From: Candidatus Heimdallarchaeota archaeon
GTDB taxonomy: Archaea > Asgardarchaeota > Heimdallarchaeia > Heimdallarchaeales > Heimdallarchaeaceae
Reading direction: 5' to 3'
Length of the DNA stretch: 64,000 nt
Assembly (NCBI GenBank): GCA_018238545.1
Contig: JABCTC010000014.1
Span: forward strand, 1-64,000
Below, piece after piece: positions 8,609-17,613 of this stretch; position 1 is the first letter of the stretch, and every line of letters starts with the position of its first letter. The position numbers and the translations under genes were made by a program. The notes beneath the pieces were generated by a model. The model did not search any database and was not told the origin of the DNA. It worked only from the letters and a program-made list of their open reading frames with translations.

Positions 8609-9925
8609 ATGCCCACTAATTCAGTTGCAATTGTGTTTGATATTCGAAAAAAGAACTTCTACAGTTTAGCTTCTCTTATAGCTACCATTGATGAAGATGC
8701 AAATTTAAAGAACCTTGACCAGATAATTACTGAAGATTTGTCATGTAATGACATTAAATCTCTCTTAAAGACGTATGATAAATTAATAGTCGCTTACTCT
8801 TTTAGAACTAGTCAATTAGAAGAAATTTATGCAAAAATGAAAATGTTCTATTCTTCTCTTTCAACTGATGAAATACATAGAGTGATTTTTATCGCTGGAG
8901 GAAGTCATCCCACAGGCGATCCACTTACAACATTGAAATTTGGTTTTGACTTCTCTTTTATAGGTGAAGCAGAATATTCCCTTCCCTTCTTCCTGAAAAG
9001 TATTTTAGAGAAAGAAGACATTTACAAAACACCTGGAATCGCTTTCTTGGAAAATGATAATTCTTTATCTCTTACATCTATGCCATCTCCTATAAATTTG
9101 GATGAATATCCCTTTCTATCAAAAAAACGAAAACTATATCCACCACTCGAAATCACAAGAGGTTGCGCATTTGGTTGCACTTTTTGTCAAGTTCCAATGT
9201 TGTTCAAACATAGAGTCCGTCATAGATCCCCTGAAATAATTATTGATATGGTAAAATGGATGGTAACAGAACTATTGAATGATATTCGTTTTATCACACC
9301 TAATTCCTTTGGTTATATGGCAAAAAGCGCAAGATCAGTAAATCAAGAAGAAATCCTGTATCTGCTAAAAAGCCTACGGTCTATAAAGGGCGTAAGAAAT
9401 ATCTTCTATGGAACATTTCCTGGAGAAGTAAGACCTGAAACTGTTTCTGAAGAACTTGTAGGTAAGATTAAACCTCTTATCGCAAACAGGCGAATTTCTA
9501 TTGGTCTCCAATCAGGTAGTAACAAGGTATTAAGGGAAATTAAAAGAGGACATACAGTTGAAGAGGCTGTTTCTGCCATAGATATTTTACTCGCATCAGG
9601 ATATACTCCAATAGTAGATATAATAATTGGATTACCGGGTGCAACAGAAGATGACGAAGAACAAACAATTCATGTCATCGAGGATTTAGTTAAGAAACAC
9701 GCAACAATTCGGGCTCATGTTTTTATGCCATTGCCTGGAACAGCATTAGAAGATTCTATTTATCAGCCAATTTTTCCAAAGATTAGGAAGAAGCTGGGTC
9801 GTTTAAGTACAATCGGTAAAATTGAAGGGAATTGGAATCAACAAGAGTTATATGCTAAAAAGGCTTGGAAGATGATACAAGATTTGCAATCTGTTTCTCC
9901 ATTAACTAGAGAAGATAGTCACTGA
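8609..9925 (+). CDS. B12-binding-domain radical SAM protein (TIGR04013/MJ0865-like)
   Basis: AGGSHPTG, IGEAE, EITRGCAFGCTFC (CxxxCxxC), IRFITPN, FPGEVRPE, FMPLPGT. ATG 8609 preferred over TTG 8597. Confidence 0.85.
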   Translation: MPTNSVAIVFDIRKKNFYSLASLIATIDEDANLKNLDQIITEDLSCNDIKSLLKTYDKLIVAYSFRTSQLEEIYAKMKMFYSSLSTDEIHRVIFIAGGSHPTGDPLTTLKFGFDFSFIGEAEYSLPFFLKSILEKEDIYKTPGIAFLENDNSLSLTSMPSPINLDEYPFLSKKRKLYPPLEITRGCAFGCTFCQVPMLFKHRVRHRSPEIIIDMVKWMVTELLNDIRFITPNSFGYMAKSARSVNQEEILYLLKSLRSIKGVRNIFYGTFPGEVRPETVSEELVGKIKPLIANRRISIGLQSGSNKVLREIKRGHTVEEAVSAIDILLASGYTPIVDIIIGLPGATEDDEEQTIHVIEDLVKKHATIRAHVFMPLPGTALEDSIYQPIFPKIRKKLGRLSTIGKIEGNWNQQELYAKKAWKMIQDLQSVSPLTREDSH

Positions 9926-10601
9926 AAAGCTGTTCTTCATTTAGATGCCTACCTCTTGCCTCAACTTTTACAGCTCTCCTAAAAATGGTTTTAAAATTGC
10001 TCACTGTCTCTTTATATCCTTCTTGAAAAACTAAGAAAAATTCTCTGTTGTATTCAGTATGAGTACTTATGAAACACTTCTTAATCAGCAAAATGTCCAC
10101 TGCTTTGTCTTCTATTGCAACTGAAAACTTGCCAAGCCCAAAATCGATGAAAACTAATTTACTATCATGTTCTAAAATGTTACTAGTTGTTAAATCACCG
10201 TGAATAATGTCATTATTATGCAGTTTCCCCACTTGTATGCCGATTTTTTTCACAATGTTTAGTTTTTTCTGTAATCCCACTTCACTATCTAGAATGCTTT
10301 TTACTAAGTTCCCTTCAATATTCTCCATAACGATAGTCGTATTTATTATATCAATCTCAAATATATAGGGTGTAAGGACTCCATTTTTCTTTGCGGATAC
10401 TAACAATTTTGATTCTGTAACGGTTCTGCTCTTTCGTAATTCTAAATCAAGAGGAGCTATCCGATATTTCTTTGGAATCCTGATTTTTTTTATTGCCTTA
10501 TAATCTAACCAATCGCTTCTACTGAGAATTGCCTCTGCTCCCCATTTATCTTTGCTAAGGTTGCTACTAGATTTATTTGCTATATTTTCAACCATCTTCA
10601 A
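9906..10601 (-). CDS. bud32: KEOPS kinase/ATPase Bud32
   Basis: GAEA, KIRIPKKYR, IIHGDLTTSN, FIDFGL, EDKAVD, VEARGR. Confidence 0.95.
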   Translation of the reverse strand: MKMVENIANKSSSNLSKDKWGAEAILSRSDWLDYKAIKKIRIPKKYRIAPLDLELRKSRTVTESKLLVSAKKNGVLTPYIFEIDIINTTIVMENIEGNLVKSILDSEVGLQKKLNIVKKIGIQVGKLHNNDIIHGDLTTSNILEHDSKLVFIDFGLGKFSVAIEDKAVDILLIKKCFISTHTEYNREFFLVFQEGYKETVSNFKTIFRRAVKVEARGRHLNEEQLFSDYLL

Positions 10602-11628
10602 TTTTCTCCAATTCTTCTAAAGCTTTGACGATATCGTCTCCATCTGGTTTATCAATGGTTATATTATCAAGGATAACTTCACCCTTACTTTTAGTAACTG
10701 TTCCTATAATTTTACAAGGAATGTCATTCAATTTGCAATATTCAACCACATCTAGGGCTTTCTCTCTATTGGTGGATAGGATTATCGCGCCTGATGATAT
10801 TAGACGGTATGGGTTAAAATTCAATCTCTCTGCTAGTTTTTTTGTTACACATGATATTGGTGCATTGTCTTCTAATATAATTCCAACATCTGTATATGCT
10901 ACAATTTCTGATAAAGCCCCATATACTCCACCTTCAGTTGCATCATGTATTAAGGAAGGGCTGAACCTCTTGTTTAGCTCCAGTGCTAATTCAGTAATGT
11001 TTATGTTGGAACCTATTCTTCTACCCTCCTTGATTTCGTCCTTATCCAGTATTCTGTTTATCCTTTTGCCTCCCTCTTTAATTATGATTCCAGTTCCCTC
11101 TGCACCCGTATATCCAATTACCATTATCTTCTCATCTAGTGATAATTTATTTTGGATGAGATATGCTTTTGGTACAAATCCAAACATATGACCAGATAAT
11201 ATGATAGAATTAACTGATGATGAAATCTCGGTGTGTCCCCCAAGAATTGCTATATTCTGTTTTGTACATTGTTCATGCATCTGCTCCTGGATTTCATGAA
11301 TTTCTTCGTAGTCCATTGATTTGGGAGCAATTATTGTAGATAGAAAACCATAAGGTAATGCACCAGAACAAGCAATATCATTTGAATTAACAATTACAAC
11401 ATGTTTTCCTGGTTCTGAAGTAGGAAAAGTTATTGGATCAGATTTTTCTATAAGATAAACATCAGAGTTTTCATTATAGAATTCATTTGCTTTATCTTTA
11501 GCTAATTCAATATCAATAATTGCTACATCAGATCCAATTTTTCCAGATAAAACTATACCTTTGTTTTTACTCCCACTTAGTTTAAGAAGTTCTTTTAAGA
11601 GTGGAAGTTTTAGCTTTCCTTCATCCAT
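10588..11628 (-). CDS. AIR synthase (PurM)-fold protein, HypE/ThiL-related
   Basis: GKL N-terminus, SDPITF, VNSNDIACSGA, ILGGHTE, HDATEGG, LISSG. Confidence 0.8.
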   Translation of the reverse strand: MDEGKLKLPLLKELLKLSGSKNKGIVLSGKIGSDVAIIDIELAKDKANEFYNENSDVYLIEKSDPITFPTSEPGKHVVIVNSNDIACSGALPYGFLSTIIAPKSMDYEEIHEIQEQMHEQCTKQNIAILGGHTEISSSVNSIILSGHMFGFVPKAYLIQNKLSLDEKIMVIGYTGAEGTGIIIKEGGKRINRILDKDEIKEGRRIGSNINITELALELNKRFSPSLIHDATEGGVYGALSEIVAYTDVGIILEDNAPISCVTKKLAERLNFNPYRLISSGAIILSTNREKALDVVEYCKLNDIPCKIIGTVTKSKGEVILDNITIDKPDGDDIVKALEELEKIEDG

Positions 11629-11703
11629 TAATTGATAATTCTTTCTGAATCTCTAAAACTTTTCTGATTTGGTATGAATTTGAAAGAGTGAAGTAGAAAA
11701 TAG

Positions 11704-12660
11704 TTAAAAACCCATTGTATCGAGAATGTGTTTAATTATTTTGAATTTATATGCAACATTCATAACATCATTTACGTTTGTAGTCATTCCAACTAAGATT
11801 TTGTCTTCTAAACAGCTTTCAACTATAATTTGCACAACTCCTGCATTGAGGAATTTAATCTCTTCTTCTGACTGTAACATTTCAAATATTACTCTGGGAT
11901 ATTTGGTTAAAGTTTCTAGAACATAGATGATTTTCTTTTCCTCAAGATTTCCTGCATAAAGCTGTCCCATTGAACCATGTTCTTTTGGAAAAATATATGC
12001 TGAAGCGGAAGGTGAATCGCAGCTTCTTATAGAGGAAAATAATAGCGATGTTGTTGCTCTTTTATTTGCTTCATCCAAAATTTTTTGTGTCATTTCAGAT
12101 ACTGGGATCATAGGTACAGTTTCAAATGGTTTTATTTTTTCAAATGTTTCAACTCTTGCTTCAACGCTATCCATAACAGGATATCTTACTGCAGGAGCAA
12201 TTACAAATTTCGGTTTTTCAATTCCAAATCTATCAAAAATGCTTTCTATTTTATTGCGTAAAGATGAAGTGCCTTCTGCCATTATGCTTTTACAGGTGAG
12301 TTCTATCAAATCTGTTGAATCGTTTGCATTAAGAGAGTTAAGAAGGGTATTCCCTAACACCTCAATATAATTTTTGATTAGGGGACGAAGTTCTAAGGAA
12401 AAATTTTCTACACGAGAAACAAATAAAATAGTTAAATCAATGAATGTAACATAGGTGGCCCTGAATTTTCCTCTGAAAATAGTAATTTCGCTATATCTTC
12501 TAACCCATTGATAAAATTCTATTGGATGAACAAAGTATCTATTGACCTCAATTCTCTCTATTTCACTGTTCGTTTTATCAATAGAAAAGATGTTAGCACC
12601 TTCAGTGTCATATATTATTATTGCTACTAAGGGGCTAATATCAATCTCTGGGAATAGCAT
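11704..12660 (-). CDS. Hypothetical protein: longin-like N-domain + roadblock-like 'KYP' C-domain (paralog A)
   Basis: C-terminal ~120 aa align by eye with ORFs 12803 and 14051. N-terminus has a beta-beta-alpha-beta-beta-beta-alpha hydrophobicity pattern. Confidence 0.6.
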   Translation of the reverse strand: MLFPEIDISPLVAIIIYDTEGANIFSIDKTNSEIERIEVNRYFVHPIEFYQWVRRYSEITIFRGKFRATYVTFIDLTILFVSRVENFSLELRPLIKNYIEVLGNTLLNSLNANDSTDLIELTCKSIMAEGTSSLRNKIESIFDRFGIEKPKFVIAPAVRYPVMDSVEARVETFEKIKPFETVPMIPVSEMTQKILDEANKRATTSLLFSSIRSCDSPSASAYIFPKEHGSMGQLYAGNLEEKKIIYVLETLTKYPRVIFEMLQSEEEIKFLNAGVVQIIVESCLEDKILVGMTTNVNDVMNVAYKFKIIKHILDTMGF

Positions 12661-12802
12661 AAGACCTCTGTCTTAAATTATGCAATTCTTTGCTAATAAG
12701 CTTATTGGACAATTTTATTGTGCTAATAATTGCAAAAATTAATCAACGGAACCAAAGAAATATTTTTAGATTTTATCGTTAAAAGGAATATGAGGTTATG
12801 TA

Positions 12803-13384
12803 ATGAGCAAGAATTCTAGTAGTTCAGAATCACCATCAACAAAAATATCCTCCAGAAAGAGAAAAACTACAAAAAAAGATATATTTGTAGAAATGGAAGA
12901 TGTCGCTTACGAGGCTTTAAACATCTCAAAACGCAAACTAAAAAGTGGACAATATCTTAAAGCTTTTCTGGATCAAACTTCGTCTAAAGAATCTGTTCTT
13001 GAAGCAATAAAAGTTACTGTCGATGCTTTATTAGATAGCATTGCTTCTGATTTGGACTCACTTTCAGCAGCTGCTTTGGTTCCACACCCTGAAAGCGAAG
13101 ATTCAAAAGCAATTGTTAGAGGGCCTTTAAATCGAGATGTTGTAAAACAAATTTTATCTATATTTAGAAAATACCCCCCTGTTATTAATGACCTTCTTGG
13201 GTCTGACGACGAATTGAAGGTTCTTGATACTGGAATTGGTTATGTAGTATTAGAAAATTGTCAGAAGGATAATTACTTGGTTGGGATAGTTAAGAAGCAA
13301 AAAGATGTTGATGAATTATCTAGAAAGCTAAGACATGTACAAAATGTAGTAGTAGACAATACATTGCTTCTTGATGGATTGTAG
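12803..13384 (+). CDS. Hypothetical protein: basic/Ser-rich N-tail + roadblock-like 'KYP' domain (paralog B)
   Basis: ILSIFRKYPPVINDLLGSDDELKVLDTGIGYVVLE aligns with paralogs A and C. GAGG SD. Confidence 0.6.
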   Translation: MSKNSSSSESPSTKISSRKRKTTKKDIFVEMEDVAYEALNISKRKLKSGQYLKAFLDQTSSKESVLEAIKVTVDALLDSIASDLDSLSAAALVPHPESEDSKAIVRGPLNRDVVKQILSIFRKYPPVINDLLGSDDELKVLDTGIGYVVLENCQKDNYLVGIVKKQKDVDELSRKLRHVQNVVVDNTLLLDGL

Positions 13385-13389
13385 AATAT

Positions 13390-14043
13390 TTAATGTCTAT
13401 CAACCAAACTTTTTTTACATTTTTCACATATATCTTGTTTTAAATGTACTTCCTTGAAGCAGTTCCAACATTTCTTTGAAACTGTTTCTTGATTTGGATA
13501 ATCAAAAATTATCTTATCTATTTTATCTGCGATTTCAAGTATTGCTTTGTTCCTTCTAGACAATGCAAATGAGAATATTTTAACTAATGGATTGTAAAAT
13601 ATCACAGCTAGAACAGCTAAAATAACTGAAGAAATTCCGATAATTAGTAATGCTTGTGCATTTTGCCAAAATACTGTGATTAACACACTTAATACGCATA
13701 ACAACACTGCTAAAATGATTGTCGAACTTATTTTAACTCCAAACAGTTGCTTGTTTGTTAATGAGTTAAAAAACTGTTTAAATCTTGATCTCTTTGAAGT
13801 AAAATCAAGATTAAGGAAATTACCCTTAACAGAACATTGAATCTCTACTAAAACTAACCATTGTTGTATTCTTGTTGTGAACGATAATATATTATTTTCT
13901 TGTAATCCAATGTTTGGGTATTCATCTTTCAGTTGTTGAATAATATATTTGAAAAGATTTGATGTATTCTTAATGTCTGTATTGATATCTTTGGAAAATA
14001 TAATGCATTTATCTTTGTTTGTAAAATCGATTATACTCACCAT
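13390..14043 (-). CDS. Two-TM membrane protein with C-terminal Zn ribbon
   Basis: Two hydrophobic helices, CWNC...CEKC. Starts 7 nt after the stop of 14051-15118. Confidence 0.65.
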   Translation of the reverse strand: MVSIIDFTNKDKCIIFSKDINTDIKNTSNLFKYIIQQLKDEYPNIGLQENNILSFTTRIQQWLVLVEIQCSVKGNFLNLDFTSKRSRFKQFFNSLTNKQLFGVKISSTIILAVLLCVLSVLITVFWQNAQALLIIGISSVILAVLAVIFYNPLVKIFSFALSRRNKAILEIADKIDKIIFDYPNQETVSKKCWNCFKEVHLKQDICEKCKKSLVDRH

Positions 14044-14050
14044 CAGTTTT

Positions 14051-15118
14051 TTAGAATGTGGATATTAGAAACTCAGATATCATGACATTAACCAATTTCA
14101 TTCTTTTAGCAATGATTGGTATTTCATCTCTGTTTTTTGTTATACTTACAAGAATTCCTTTATCAGATCCCTCTAGAATAACTACTCCATCTCCTGCATC
14201 TATAGTTTTTTCATCAGATTCTGTTTCCAAAGTTTGTTTTACAATTTCAGGATATTTTGAAAGAATTCCTAAGACAAATTCTCCATGTTTTTCTGACATA
14301 CCGAATGTGATAGTTTCTAAAGATCCTTCCTCTCCTGTATAAACAAAACATACACCAGTTTTCGTTGATAATCCTTTTACGATAGAGGATAATACCCTCT
14401 CAACTGATAGTCTCTTTGTTTCTTCTAATAGCTGTTGTGTTAGTTCTACCTTACTGGAATCCTTAACTGTTTCTGTTATTTTGTCTGACTTATGACCAAT
14501 GAATTCAAGAAGCCCCCCTACATCTGTAGATGCTGTTGAGTGTGCAGTTTGGGCTGAACTAGAAGTTGCTGTAGGCTGTGAGTATTTTTGTTCTACTTCT
14601 GAGGTTTGCTCAACTGATGTTGAAACTGGCTTTTCCGCCTGAACTGGTTCATCTATATCTGATTCATATTGCTGAGGTTTTTTGGTTGGATAATAATCGT
14701 ATTTAATCTGACTTGCTGCTCTTTCGGAGATTAGGCTGCCTAACCGTTTAATCAAAGCTGTTTGTGATTTAGGTTCCATTTTATCGATAGCTCCGTAATC
14801 TTGCAGTTGATCTAGAAGCTTACTCTTAACAATCTCAATAATTTTCTCTGCTTCATGATCTTCAATATCTGGTAGAAACATATTGCTTAGTATTATGTTA
14901 AAGAAAAGATGGTAGTCGACTCTAAATATCTCGTTTTTTAGTGTTATGGTTTGTGATCTTCTTAATTCTTCTCTTGTTTTTGCACTTGTATCAATTACTT
15001 GAAAAATTGTTGAAAAAGAAGTTTTTTGGTTAATTACTTTATCGAAAATCATGTCTTCATCTAGTGTAAAGAGGCTAAAACCTACAAACTTTTTCCAAGG
15101 TAAATCGAACTCACTCAT
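14051..15118 (-). CDS. Hypothetical protein: longin-like N-domain + S/T/Q-rich linker + roadblock-like 'KYP' C-domain (paralog C)
   Basis: VLGILSKYPEIVKQTLETESDEKTIDAGDGVVILE. N-domain RRSQTITLKNEIFRVDY matches RRYSEITIFRGKFRATY of paralog A. Confidence 0.6.
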   Translation of the reverse strand: MSEFDLPWKKFVGFSLFTLDEDMIFDKVINQKTSFSTIFQVIDTSAKTREELRRSQTITLKNEIFRVDYHLFFNIILSNMFLPDIEDHEAEKIIEIVKSKLLDQLQDYGAIDKMEPKSQTALIKRLGSLISERAASQIKYDYYPTKKPQQYESDIDEPVQAEKPVSTSVEQTSEVEQKYSQPTATSSSAQTAHSTASTDVGGLLEFIGHKSDKITETVKDSSKVELTQQLLEETKRLSVERVLSSIVKGLSTKTGVCFVYTGEEGSLETITFGMSEKHGEFVLGILSKYPEIVKQTLETESDEKTIDAGDGVVILEGSDKGILVSITKNRDEIPIIAKRMKLVNVMISEFLISTF

Positions 15119-15127
15119 GTTTCATAC

Positions 15128-15145
15128 CTCACATACTTATGTGAG
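15128..15145. promoter_or_regulatory. Perfect 8-bp inverted repeat overlapping the RBS of 14051-15118
   Basis: CTCACATA-CT-TATGTGAG. On the minus strand it runs into GAGGT ~7 nt before the ATG. Confidence 0.4.
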
Positions 15146-15216
15146 TAATTATTTTCTGCTTTTTGAGACTTATACAACAATCAATATTCTCTTCTATTAA
15201 TAGCTTATGGCAAATA

Positions 15217-16320
15217 CTATTTCTTCTTTTTCTTTTTCTTCTTTTTATCCTCTTTTTGTTGTTGTTTTGCTATTCTCTTCCATTTTTTGAGATTTCTATT
15301 TGATTCTTGTCCAAAAACCACAGCTGAATACTTTCTTCCTTCAGTTTCACCTAAACCTCTAACAGTCAGATCTTCTTCTTCCTTTTTCTTTGCTTCTTTG
15401 AGCATCTGTTGAATAATCTCCTCCCTTCTTTTCATCTTTTCTTGAAGATCTGTATCAACTTCTTGCTCTGGTTCAGAAACTACCTCTGGTTCTAGAACTT
15501 TCTTTGTAGCAATATCTTTTTCAATCTTAGTGATTTCTTTGACTAACGAGATATCCTGGGTTCTTAAGGCCTCTTCATCTACTTCTACATGTAGAATTTC
15601 TTCTTCTGTAATAGGAACACTTGATGCTTCTCCAACGAATACAAATTTGTGAATATCTTCTGGAATATTTTCTGGTTTGATTAGAACATCTTCATCAATT
15701 ATAGGTTCTGTGACTATTGGAGTTGAAGAATCTAATGTTTCAATTTCAGTTTGATGTTCTTCTATGATTTCTAATTGTTCAATGAACTCTTTAGTTTCTA
15801 ATACCTCAGTTTCTTTAATCTCTCCCTCTGTTTTTAATTTTTCAATTTTTGATTCCAGTTCAGGTTCCGTCACAGAAGGATCTACTGTAGATTCGGTGGT
15901 TTTGGTTAATAGTTTTTCAGGAGTTGTTTCTTTTTCTTCGGAAGGTAATGGGATTTTTTCTTGTTCAATTATTTCTTTAATCTCTTCCAAATTTTTATCA
16001 GAAACAATCTCTTCTACATCTTCTCCTGATACTGCTTTTGCTAAACCGATAGTAACCTCTTCAAGCTCTCTAGATCTTTTAACCTGTTCATGAACAATTT
16101 CTTCTTCTTCAACAACGCTTTCTTCAACAATTTCATGAACAATTTCTTCTTCTTCAACAACGCTTTCTTCAACGGTTACCTCTTGTTCTTTCAGTTCATT
16201 TGCTTGAGCTGCTTCTTCTTTAGCTTTGGTCTTTGCTAAATCATACAGATATTGGGCAAATCTAGATATATTCTTCTTGTCCCATTCAAGCATTTCATTC
16301 TCGTTTTCGTCGGAATTCAT
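15217..16320 (-). CDS. Highly acidic, low-complexity (likely disordered) protein with poly-Lys C-terminus
   Basis: E-rich throughout. Short possibly ordered ends (WDKKNISRFAQYLYDLAK; YSAVVFG..WKRIAK). Ends in a run of Lys. Confidence 0.7.
   Translation of the reverse strand: MNSDENENEMLEWDKKNISRFAQYLYDLAKTKAKEEAAQANELKEQEVTVEESVVEEEEIVHEIVEESVVEEEEIVHEQVKRSRELEEVTIGLAKAVSGEDVEEIVSDKNLEEIKEIIEQEKIPLPSEEKETTPEKLLTKTTESTVDPSVTEPELESKIEKLKTEGEIKETEVLETKEFIEQLEIIEEHQTEIETLDSSTPIVTEPIIDEDVLIKPENIPEDIHKFVFVGEASSVPITEEEILHVEVDEEALRTQDISLVKEITKIEKDIATKKVLEPEVVSEPEQEVDTDLQEKMKRREEIIQQMLKEAKKKEEEDLTVRGLGETEGRKYSAVVFGQESNRNLKKWKRIAKQQQKEDKKKKKKKKK
16087..16173. repeat. Intragenic tandem duplication: two identical 42-bp copies, 45-bp period
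   Basis: TTCATGAACAATTTCTTCTTCTTCAACAACGCTTTCTTCAAC at 16087-16128 and 16132-16173, encoding VEESVVEEEEIVHE twice. Confidence 0.95.
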
Positions 16321-16518
16321 AAGATAACCACTTATCTAGAAATTCTAAATCCTTACTCTTACTTCTTTTCTTGTCTTATTAAATTTTCTTAAGCTTCTAA
16401 GATACAATTTTACAAAAATAAAAAACTTAATCTATCTTAAATCTCTTTGCACATAGGAAAATAGACGCAAGAAGAAATAAACTAAACTTTAATAAGATAT
16501 TTTAAGAATCATAGTCTG

Positions 16519-17562
16519 ATGAGTGATTCCCTTAAACCATTATTAATTCGATTGGTAGATTCTTTCTCCTATTATCTGATAAATGAAGCAAGAATTAGCA
16601 CTGGTAAAGAGGTTGTAAAGTCAAAAATCAATGATATTGCATATAGAAAAGCAAGTGGGAGATTTGGAGAAGTATATGTCATTGACGTGTTTTACAGTTC
16701 TGAGCATGGGGATCATAAGAGCAAATTAGCTATTAAATTCATTGATAATGTTGAAGATATAATTACAGAAATAAAAAATACTGCACTTCTAGAAAAGAAG
16801 TTTTCAACTCGGTCTATAGTTAGAATCCCACGTTATATTTATGTAAATTTAAAAAAACCTACTTATATTGCCTATGAAGGAATGACAGGAATCAACTATG
16901 AGGACGCACATTCAGTTTCTGATAAGAGCTTCTGGGCAGGCTATATTCTATCAATTATACATGAAGGTAAGCCAAAGCCGGTGATTAAAGATATCTATGA
17001 AGAATTATACAGACGATTGATTTTATCCGTATTTGGTGGTTCTGAAGAAGAACAAAGAATAATGGAAAAATCCAAAGTCTTGATTGAGATGGTTAAAGCT
17101 TCTCAAGGAGGTAGCGATTCTTTTGGTGATTATCATCAAAGCAACCTTATGATTCGCGTTGCTCCAGAGGGTGAGACTGTGAGTATAGCATTAATTGATC
17201 CAACTTTCTGGATGCAAGGATCTTTTGATAGATTTGAAGATATAGGGACATTCTTTGGAAGACAAGCATTTCTTGAATTTCGAGTTACAAAATTGCTAAC
17301 GTCTGCGATAAGTGATATTCAACAATTTATTCAAGGTTATTCTGTTCACTTGAAAGAAATAAATGGTGTTCCTTTGGAGGAAATGTATACAAAAGGGTAT
17401 CCCATAGATTTGTTTTTAGCAACATGGGCTATGATGGATGTATTAGATAAAACTAATAGCTTCAACATAGCTGCTGATCATCCAGACATTATCTTGTTAA
17501 AAGAACTAGCACATTATCTGTTAACAGAACAACCCATAGGAAATGAAGTAAACAATTTTTGA
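16519..17562 (+). CDS. Protein-kinase-like (PKL/APH-type) phosphotransferase
   Basis: SGRFGEVY Gly-loop, LAIKF Lys, helix-C Glu (ITEI), catalytic loop FGDYHQSN, metal-binding IDPTF, downstream EDIGTF. Confidence 0.75.
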   Translation: MSDSLKPLLIRLVDSFSYYLINEARISTGKEVVKSKINDIAYRKASGRFGEVYVIDVFYSSEHGDHKSKLAIKFIDNVEDIITEIKNTALLEKKFSTRSIVRIPRYIYVNLKKPTYIAYEGMTGINYEDAHSVSDKSFWAGYILSIIHEGKPKPVIKDIYEELYRRLILSVFGGSEEEQRIMEKSKVLIEMVKASQGGSDSFGDYHQSNLMIRVAPEGETVSIALIDPTFWMQGSFDRFEDIGTFFGRQAFLEFRVTKLLTSAISDIQQFIQGYSVHLKEINGVPLEEMYTKGYPIDLFLATWAMMDVLDKTNSFNIAADHPDIILLKELAHYLLTEQPIGNEVNNF

Positions 17563-17613
17563 TTCAATGAAGGGGAAAAAATTTATAGAACTAATACAAT
17601 ATAATTTTGAACA

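Noticed and set aside
10577-11191. 204-aa plus-strand ORF and the many other short antisense/nested ORFs in the track (e.g. 41336-41770, 15764-16093, 29395-29709, 56654-57007)
   Set aside because: They lie within well-supported genes, mostly antisense, and have shadow-ORF composition (S/I/F-rich) with no motifs.
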